Shown here: positions 1 to 5,899 of the stretch, in pieces | Layout: each line of letters starts with the position of its first letter | Position numbering within the stretch: position 1 is the first letter of the stretch | Assembly (NCBI GenBank): GCA_040754495.1 | Contig: JBFMCO010000049.1 | Location: forward strand, 1-11,137 | Reading direction: 5' to 3' | DNA: 11,137 bases | Source of the DNA: Candidatus Micrarchaeota archaeon | Lineage (GTDB): Archaea > Micrarchaeota > Micrarchaeia > Anstonellales > Bilamarchaeaceae | The notes under the pieces: model-generated | The model's database searches: none | What the model was told of the DNA's origin: nothing | Seen by the model: the letters and a program-made list of their open reading frames with translations, nothing else | Program-made: the position numbers and the translations under genes

Positions 1-1
1 A

Positions 2-1165
2 TCGAAACAAATAACCGCTCCGCCAAAAGTCCCGGAGCCGGAAGAACCCGCACAGCCAAAAGCAGAAGCACCGAAACCGGCTATCAAAACCGAACCGGCA
101 AAACCGACCCCGGCTCTTGCGCCAGAATCCGAACCGGCCCCGCCCGAAGCGGCTGTGCCCGAACCAAAACCGGCCCCCCTGCCGCCCGCGAAACCGGAAG
201 CGGTCCAGCCAAAACCCGAAACCCGGGACCGGAGACCACCTGAGCCTGCAGGCGTCGAGGAGAAGCCCAGGGAAAGGCTCAAGCTCGGTCTCGTGGGCGC
301 GGTCAAAAGCATCATAACGCGGGAAGTGGAGATAAGCGAAAATGACGTGAAGGGGATGCTTGATGGCCTGGAGCTGGAGCTGCTTGAGGCGGACGTGGAG
401 CTCGGCGTGGCCGAGGGAATAAAGGCCGAGCTGGAAGGCAGGCTTGTCGGCTCGAAGGTGAAAAAGGGCGAGCTTCACTCATTCGTGTCAGGCTCGATAA
501 AGGAGACGCTCATATCCATCCTGAGCAACGACAAGGCGTTCGACATCGTGGAGAGGGTGGATGCGGGCGAGAAGCCCGTGAAAATAATGTTCATAGGCAT
601 AAACGGCGCGGGCAAGACCACGACAATAGCGAAGGTGGCGAGGCTCCTCCAGGCAAGAGGCAGGAAGCCGGTCCTTGCGGCAGCGGACACATTCAGGGCA
701 GCGGCAATCGAGCAGATGGGCGTGCACGCGGAGAGGCTCGGCCTGAAGATGATAAAGCGGGAATACGGCAGCGACCCGACCTCTGTGGCCTATGACGCGG
801 TGAATTACGCGAAGGCCCACGGCATGGACGCGGTCCTCATAGACACGGCCGGAAGGCAGGACACGAACATCAGCCTGCTGAACGAGATAAAGAAGATGGA
901 CCGCGTGATAAAGCCGGACGCGAAGATATACGTCGGGGAGAGCATAGCCGGGAACGCCATCCTGGAGCAGATAGCCGCCTTCAACCGGGAGGTCGGGCTT
1001 GACGCGGTCATACTTACAAAGCTCGACTGCGACCCGAAAGGGGGCACCATGCTTTCGATAAACAAGGCGACCGGAGTCCCCATCATCTATGTCGGGGTGG
1101 GCCAGGGCTATGACGATTTGGAGCGCTTCGACCCGGAGCGCATGGTTTCGCGCATCTTATCTTAG
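2..1165 (+). CDS. ftsY: Signal recognition particle receptor GTPase FtsY, archaeal type (5'-partial; true start lies upstream of the window)
   Basis: The frame is open from nt 2 (SKQITAPPKVPEPEEPAQPKAEAPKP...), so the track's start at 155 is an internal GTG. SRP-GTPase motifs: LLEADV in the N domain, G1 GINGAGKTTTIAK (596-), DTFRAAAIEQ, G3 DTAGR (842-856), G4 TKLD (1016-1027), KGG, and C-terminal GVGQGYDDL. There is no C-terminal M domain, so this is the receptor and not SRP54. 'KREYGSDPTSVAYDAV' resembles archaeal FtsY. Stop is TAG at 1163-1165. Confidence 0.97.
   Translation, partial: SKQITAPPKVPEPEEPAQPKAEAPKPAIKTEPAKPTPALAPESEPAPPEAAVPEPKPAPLPPAKPEAVQPKPETRDRRPPEPAGVEEKPRERLKLGLVGAVKSIITREVEISENDVKGMLDGLELELLEADVELGVAEGIKAELEGRLVGSKVKKGELHSFVSGSIKETLISILSNDKAFDIVERVDAGEKPVKIMFIGINGAGKTTTIAKVARLLQARGRKPVLAAADTFRAAAIEQMGVHAERLGLKMIKREYGSDPTSVAYDAVNYAKAHGMDAVLIDTAGRQDTNISLLNEIKKMDRVIKPDAKIYVGESIAGNAILEQIAAFNREVGLDAVILTKLDCDPKGGTMLSINKATGVPIIYVGVGQGYDDLERFDPERMVSRILS
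211..241 (+). repeat. Degenerate heptamer tandem repeat (AAAA-CCCGAAA-CCCGGGA-CCGGAGA-CCACCT) embedded in frame in the ftsY linker
   Basis: Three 7-nt units read directly from the sequence, encoding KPETRDRRPP. Ungapped 23/31 identity to the reverse complement of 5425-5455. Confidence 0.6.
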
Positions 1166-1190
1166 AGCACGAAGAACCACAAATCAATAC

Positions 1191-1199
1191 TTTTTTAAA
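1191..1199 (+). promoter_or_regulatory. Putative archaeal TATA box (TTTTTTAAA) for the 1260 gene; the T6 run may also terminate ftsY transcription
   Basis: Lies in an AT-rich 94-bp intergenic gap (1166-1259) within a GC-rich window. It is preceded by an A-rich stretch (CAAATCAATAC) and sits about 60 nt before the ATG. No TSS data. Confidence 0.45.
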
Positions 1200-1249
1200 C
1201 ACTAGCCGACACATAATCCTACAAAATATCATAATACTGAGACTCAGGC

Positions 1250-1255
1250 AGGTGA
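1250..1255 (+). promoter_or_regulatory. Shine-Dalgarno site AGGTGA
   Basis: The GGTG core (1251-1254) ends 5 nt before ATG 1260, the same spacing as at the other two starts in the window. Confidence 0.75.
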
Positions 1256-1259
1256 CGTT

Positions 1260-4200
1260 ATGGCGGGAGACGATACGACGGGGATGAAACAGGCTCAGAC
1301 GAAAGACAGCGGCGCAGCGGCTGCCGGAAGGGGAAGGAAGGCGCTGGAGTGGACCAAGGGGCACGTGCCGTTCACGCCGTGGAGGAAGGCTTACAAGGAG
1401 GAGAAGAAGAGGGGCGGCATAGAGGAGGAAGAGCGCATCAGGCACGAGACCAGGCAGAAGCTCCAGGGAAACGGCGAGCAGGCCCAGTCCGGCGCGGGCC
1501 CGAAGGTCAATCCCAACGTCGACGTCAAGGCCACGAGGGGCGAGGACCTCACCACGTTCAACAGGCATTTCCTGGACGCCATCAGGCGCGGCCAGAGCAG
1601 GACCGAGCAGGCTGGCACTGCTGACGCGCTCATCCGCGAGGTCGTCACCAATGACCAGTTCATAGACGCTGTCGCGAACGGGACGATAAAGACGCCGCTC
1701 GAGCAGGTCGATTCCGAGTACGCCAAGGACATGGCGAGGAAGAGGGGCGGCCTTGCCGACAGCCTGAGGAGGGCCAAGCACTTCAAGGAGTTCATGATAG
1801 GCGAGCTGACCGCCCAGGAGCTCGACGTACTTTTCGTCACCATGCTCGGCACCGCCGAGGAAGACGAGGGCGAAGAGCGCAAGAAGAAAAAGGGAGCGGA
1901 AGACGAGAGGGACAAGGGAAAGAAGGGCGCGGTGGCGCTGTGGAACGGCACGGCGTGGCCGGAGGAGGTCCCGAGGCCGCACGAGGCATTCTTCGTCTTC
2001 CTCGAGAGCCTTGCGATGAGGCTTCGGAGCACTCCGGAGGAGCAGGGAAACTTCATCGGCATGGTGTGCAAGGACCTCTCGTGGAGGAGGACGTTCACCG
2101 AGTCCGGGGAGCAGACGCTGCGCCTGCTCGTGGACGCTGCATTCATAAACGACTGGCTTTACTCGAAATCTTCTTATCCTACGGACAAGGCCGTCGAGAG
2201 CTTCCATTCGCTCGCGGCGAGCGCGCTAAGCACGCCCACTGGCGAGATGCACCCGGTGCTGAAGATGCCGGGCATCGGCTACGACCAGGGATACCAGAAG
2301 GCCCTGGCGGAGAAGAAGCTGTGGATAGGCGAGGCGGAGCAGTGGGTGGCCCAGGCCACGCAGGGCCTGGAGCAGGCAACGGCTGCTGTCGCGGTCGCTG
2401 AAAGCAGGGCCGAGAGCGCAAAGGCCGAGTACCAGAGGGTGCTCGGCCTGGCCAAGAAGGCCGAAGAGAAGGGAAGCGTAACGCTGAGAGGCGGGAAGGT
2501 CCTCAAGCCCGGCGACGCGGAGCTGACGGGCGCACTCGCAGCCGCAGAGGGCGGCGTCGCGAAGGCGAACCAGGAGCTCCACAAGGCCAGGCAGTGGGAG
2601 CTTAACGCCCAGAACGCGCTCGGGAAGGCGAGGAAGGAGCTTTCCCAGCGCGAAACAGAGGTGGCTTCTTTCGAGAAGGACTCCAACCCGCAGGCGCTTG
2701 CCAAGGAGCTGGCGCGGCACTTCAAGTCCCTCCTCGAGGCGAATGGCGAGGTCAACGTTTCCCTGGACGATATTCCGGCGCGCATGGCGCCGAGGCTGCC
2801 GAACCCGGTCGTGGACAAGCTCGTGGAGCAGGCTACTGCGCTCATCAGCGAGAGGGAGGAGTTCGCTCCAGTGTTCCTCGGAACGCAGATGGTGGACGCG
2901 TCCGCGCCGGACGAGGGCAAGAAGGGCTCGTCATCGTCCACGCAGATAGTGAGGGACATAATCGGATATCGGCTTCCTGATTTCGAGGCGAGGGTGAATG
3001 AATTCGATGCCGCGGTGGAAGCGGCGGAGCTGCCGGCGGAAGCCAAGGAGCCGCTGCGCGGCGTAGGGAGGGGGCTCAAGCACTTCGGGGTGCCGGCCGC
3101 TTTCCTGAGCGAGCAGGTCTCCAAGGTGAGGACCGCGCACTCGGAACCGCTGCGCAAGGCCGCGCAGGTCGCCATAAAGAGCCTGAAGGAAAGGAGCTAC
3201 AGGAACCTCGCAACCCCGACCGACGCTGTGAAGGTAATCGCGAGGATGACCTACGAGGGCCGCACAGGAGAGGTCCCCCCGGGAAGCGCGAACAAAGAGG
3301 GCAAGTGGAAGCGCGCATGGCACTGGATCAGGTACCAGCTTTTCACCGGCGAGTCGTGGAAGAACAAGGGGCTGTGGCTCTACAAGCAGACTTACGCGGA
3401 CGATTTCGACGACCTCCGCTACAGGAACTGGAAGCAGAGGAGGTCGGGACGCAGGCCGGACGGCACGCCTTACCGGAGGAGCACGCCCAGATGGATGGAC
3501 GGCCTCTGGGGCGTCACGTGGAAGACGTACGTCCTTGCCATGGCGGTCGGCTACATGGCCGGTCAGGAGCGGGCCAAATGGTACTGGCCGCCTTCCTGGC
3601 CCGCGCCTGCCGTGAGGTATGTGGCGAACGAGGCGTTCAATGCCGGCTGGGGACCGTACCGCACGAGCGAGCACAGGTACCTTATGCCATGGACGCTCCT
3701 TGCGCCCCTCGAATCCGAGAGGGAGATAAAGCTCGTGATACACGACAACTGGGACATCCCTGCGAGGCTGGCCACGCGCGGAGACACGTACTACCGGAAC
3801 ACCTACGGCGTCGGCACGCACAGGCTGGAATCCGAGCAGAACGATTCCGGCATGAGGGCGAGGCTCACATGGCTCCAGCAGCACCCGGACGTCATGAGGT
3901 TCTTCCAGGAGCGCACCACGCTGCGCCAGGACGTCACCGTCAGGTACCTGGAGGAGAACCCGAACACGTGCAGCACGAGGCAGAGGCCGATCCCGCAGAC
4001 GTGCGAGCACGAGGGGCTCGGCCTGCGCACAAGCGAACGGCTGCAGGCGTACACGCCTTCCCAGCGGGACCCGAGGTGGCAGCCCGGAATGAAGGTCTGC
4101 TGCACGATTGAGGTGAGCAGCAGGCGGGTGCCGGACGGCCTCAAGCTGAACACGCGCACGTCCGACCAGTTCGTGGACCTGCTCATGGCCGCGGAAAGGG

Positions 4201-5390
4201 GAGGTACGGCCGTGAATTACGCCTACCTCAATAGCGGGCAGAACAGGGCAAGGTGGGTCCAGGAGTGGTTCCTGGTGACGCCGGGCGAGGCTGACATAAT
4301 CAATAACTACAAAATAACCGTGAGGGACAACGTCCGCTTCCTGCTCATGCAGGGGGCGGATGCCGGAGGCCATCTCCTGCCGCGCTGCGCGCAGGAGGCG
4401 CTCTCGCCGGAATACCTGCAGGAGGCGCACAGGGACGAGTTCGTTAACGCCTGGAGGGCGGCGCTCGTCTCAAGGGGAGCGCAGGCCCAGCCGCCGGTGA
4501 CGGTGGAGCCGCTCACCCAGGACCTCACAAGGGAGGACCTCGAGGCCGCGTTCAACTCGGTCAGGGATGCGAACCGCGGGTGGTTCACGGACAGGACGCA
4601 CCAGTACGAGCGCAGGCAGGTGCTCCAGCAGGTGCCGGAGCTGCAGCTCCAGACCGACACCGCAATAGACGTCCTCGTGGCGCAGCCGGACATACTCGCC
4701 CTCGTGAGGGAGTTCAGGTCGCCTGCACGCTACGGCATAACGCAGGGAAGGGCCGACGAGTTCGTCCAGAGGCTGGACCAGCACAAGCGCGCGGGCGGAA
4801 GACTGCTCGAATTCAACCCGTTCTCGACCGAGACCGGGGCAGGCTCGCTGGTACAGCAGGCGGTGAACGTGGACGGCCTGCTCTTCGACAGGGAGACCGA
4901 GACGCTGCACGCGGCGGACGGCCAGTCCAGGGAAGGCGATGCAGGCGCGCAGTCCGCAGCACCCGCGAGGGTCCCGCTGCCGGAATACTCGCAGGACGTG
5001 CGGCGCTTCTACGAGAACCAGGAGAACGAGCCCTTCAGGAACATGGTCGAGGGCGCGCTGAGCGTCCTGCTCGAGGACAGGCAGTTCGGCGCGACTACGC
5101 GCGCAGTGCTCGCCAACAGCTTCGGGAACGACAGGGCGAGGATGGAGGGCACCATAAAGGCGCAGGTCTACTCGTTCTTCACGAGCACGAGGGAGGCCGA
5201 CGTCTCCATAAGGAGGGGCTACCGATTCACGATGAGTGGCGAGGGTCCCGCCATGGTGGTGAGGCCCTCGAGGACCGACGGCCCGGGCATGATGGAGGCT
5301 TCCAGGAACATCCAGAGCTATGTGAGGCAGTACGTGGGCAGCCTCCAGCAGAGGCCTGCACCGGCCGCTCCTGCAGCCTCGTCCAGGTAA
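1260..5390 (+). CDS. Large hypothetical protein (1376 aa), probable membrane-anchored protein with an N-terminal coiled-coil region and a C-terminal, probably extracytoplasmic region
   Basis: Long ORF with SD site and AGG/AAG/GAG-rich codon usage like ftsY. Coiled-coil-like helices at about aa 342-473. Trp-rich zone at aa 683-831 around the weakly hydrophobic segment GLWGVTWKTYVLAMAVGYMAG (aa 748-768). Cys cluster at aa 904-948. No recognisable catalytic motif or signal peptide. The CDS is secure; the product is inferred. Confidence 0.9.
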   Translation: MAGDDTTGMKQAQTKDSGAAAAGRGRKALEWTKGHVPFTPWRKAYKEEKKRGGIEEEERIRHETRQKLQGNGEQAQSGAGPKVNPNVDVKATRGEDLTTFNRHFLDAIRRGQSRTEQAGTADALIREVVTNDQFIDAVANGTIKTPLEQVDSEYAKDMARKRGGLADSLRRAKHFKEFMIGELTAQELDVLFVTMLGTAEEDEGEERKKKKGAEDERDKGKKGAVALWNGTAWPEEVPRPHEAFFVFLESLAMRLRSTPEEQGNFIGMVCKDLSWRRTFTESGEQTLRLLVDAAFINDWLYSKSSYPTDKAVESFHSLAASALSTPTGEMHPVLKMPGIGYDQGYQKALAEKKLWIGEAEQWVAQATQGLEQATAAVAVAESRAESAKAEYQRVLGLAKKAEEKGSVTLRGGKVLKPGDAELTGALAAAEGGVAKANQELHKARQWELNAQNALGKARKELSQRETEVASFEKDSNPQALAKELARHFKSLLEANGEVNVSLDDIPARMAPRLPNPVVDKLVEQATALISEREEFAPVFLGTQMVDASAPDEGKKGSSSSTQIVRDIIGYRLPDFEARVNEFDAAVEAAELPAEAKEPLRGVGRGLKHFGVPAAFLSEQVSKVRTAHSEPLRKAAQVAIKSLKERSYRNLATPTDAVKVIARMTYEGRTGEVPPGSANKEGKWKRAWHWIRYQLFTGESWKNKGLWLYKQTYADDFDDLRYRNWKQRRSGRRPDGTPYRRSTPRWMDGLWGVTWKTYVLAMAVGYMAGQERAKWYWPPSWPAPAVRYVANEAFNAGWGPYRTSEHRYLMPWTLLAPLESEREIKLVIHDNWDIPARLATRGDTYYRNTYGVGTHRLESEQNDSGMRARLTWLQQHPDVMRFFQERTTLRQDVTVRYLEENPNTCSTRQRPIPQTCEHEGLGLRTSERLQAYTPSQRDPRWQPGMKVCCTIEVSSRRVPDGLKLNTRTSDQFVDLLMAAERGGTAVNYAYLNSGQNRARWVQEWFLVTPGEADIINNYKITVRDNVRFLLMQGADAGGHLLPRCAQEALSPEYLQEAHRDEFVNAWRAALVSRGAQAQPPVTVEPLTQDLTREDLEAAFNSVRDANRGWFTDRTHQYERRQVLQQVPELQLQTDTAIDVLVAQPDILALVREFRSPARYGITQGRADEFVQRLDQHKRAGGRLLEFNPFSTETGAGSLVQQAVNVDGLLFDRETETLHAADGQSREGDAGAQSAAPARVPLPEYSQDVRRFYENQENEPFRNMVEGALSVLLEDRQFGATTRAVLANSFGNDRARMEGTIKAQVYSFFTSTREADVSIRRGYRFTMSGEGPAMVVRPSRTDGPGMMEASRNIQSYVRQYVGSLQQRPAPAAPAASSR

Positions 5391-5414
5391 TTTTTTTCTC
5401 TTCTTCTATATTTC
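5391..5414 (+). terminator. Archaeal-type oligo(T)/pyrimidine-rich intrinsic terminator
   Basis: TTTTTTTCTCTTCTTCTATATTTC begins immediately after the TAA stop (5388-5390). Confidence 0.65.
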
Positions 5415-5424
5415 CTGTCTTCGT

Positions 5425-5514
5425 AGGTGGTCTCCAGTTTTCAGTTTCCAGTTTTGTTTTTGAATAAAACCCGGACACGGAGCATCGGAACCGGAAACTG
5501 GAGACCCGAAACCC
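5425..5514. repeat. Inverted pair of degenerate heptamer tandem repeats (REP/STRR-like), able to form a stem-loop
   Basis: The left arm TCTCCAG-TTTTCAG-TTTCCAG (5431-5451) faces a right arm of six units: CCCGGAC-ACGGAGC-ATCGGAA-CCGGAAA-CTGGAGA-CCCGAAA (5470-5511). There is a perfect 12-bp inverted repeat GGTCTCCAGTTT (5429-5440) / AAACTGGAGACC (5495-5506), and an inner mini-hairpin GTTTT-TGAAT-AAAAC (5456-5470). Confidence 0.8.
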
Positions 5515-5542
5515 ATTTGCCCGCCTGAGGTATCTTAGTATA

Positions 5543-5551
5543 TTATATAAA
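5543..5551 (+). promoter_or_regulatory. Putative archaeal TATA box (TTATATAAA) for the 5582/5900 operon
   Basis: Good match to a TATA box, ending about 30 nt before ATG 5582, which would give a short leader containing GGTG. Confidence 0.65.
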
Positions 5552-5572
5552 CTTGCCCGGCGAATCCTTACC

Positions 5573-5576
5573 GGTG
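5573..5576 (+). promoter_or_regulatory. Shine-Dalgarno core GGTG
   Basis: Ends 5 nt before ATG 5582. Confidence 0.55.
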
Positions 5577-5581
5577 TTGGC

Positions 5582-5890
5582 ATGCCTAAAAAAGGGGCGA
5601 AAGATTCTGTGAAAAAGGTTCCTGTGAAGGCGGACACGGCTGCTCTTGAGGAGCAGACGCTGGCAAAAGTCGAGCGGACGCTGAGGACGCTCGGTGATTT
5701 CCTCTCAAGATGGGACTCCGCCGAGACCAAGCCGGACAGCATGTATCCGGAAGTCGTGAAGATGAGGAGGTTCCGCGACATGCTCCTCTCGTGGAAGCAG
5801 GATGCCGAGAAGGCCCGCGGCAGGAGCGACGAGAAGGGCCGCATCAGGAGGCTCAGGGATTTCGTGGTGCTCTGCAAGATATACTCATGA
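5582..5890 (+). CDS. Small basic helical hypothetical protein (102 aa), probably cytoplasmic; candidate chaperone or immunity partner of the downstream giant protein
   Basis: Has TATA and GGTG signals upstream, typical codon usage and amphipathic helices (LAKVERTLRTLGDFLSRW; VVKMRRFRDMLLSWKQ; RIRRLRDFVVLCKIY). Its stop overlaps the SD site of the next gene. No family recognised. Confidence 0.8.
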   Translation: MPKKGAKDSVKKVPVKADTAALEEQTLAKVERTLRTLGDFLSRWDSAETKPDSMYPEVVKMRRFRDMLLSWKQDAEKARGRSDEKGRIRRLRDFVVLCKIYS

Positions 5891-5894
5891 GGTG
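5889..5894 (+). promoter_or_regulatory. Shine-Dalgarno site GAGGTG overlapping the upstream stop codon (translational coupling)
   Basis: The sequence reads TGAGGTGTTCCTATG; the GGTG core (5891-5894) ends 5 nt before ATG 5900. Confidence 0.75.
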
Positions 5895-5899
5895 TTCCT

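Noticed and set aside
926-1048. Small deviations in FtsY motifs (VGESIAGN instead of the more usual D-A-x-x-G-N/Q; DPKGG instead of AKGG)
   Set aside because: G1, G3 and G4 are intact, and this is within the divergence expected for a fast-evolving archaeal lineage. No altered function can be supported.
1854-1930. EEDEGEERKKKKGAEDERDKGKKG as a nuclear-localisation or nucleic-acid-binding motif
   Set aside because: It is a low-complexity, mixed-charge loop in a prokaryotic protein, with no supporting domain context.
1083-4910. Long minus-strand ORFs (374, 251, 298, 499, 146 aa and others) and alternative plus-frame ORFs inside the 1376-aa gene
   Set aside because: Shadow ORFs. The apparent hydrophobic stretch in the 374-aa ORF is simply the reverse complement of a GAG/AAG-rich Glu/Lys tract.
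5425-5514. CRISPR array, tRNA or IS terminal repeats at the intergenic repeat
   Set aside because: The units are 7 nt with no unique spacers, there is no cloverleaf, and there is no transposase or evident target-site duplication.
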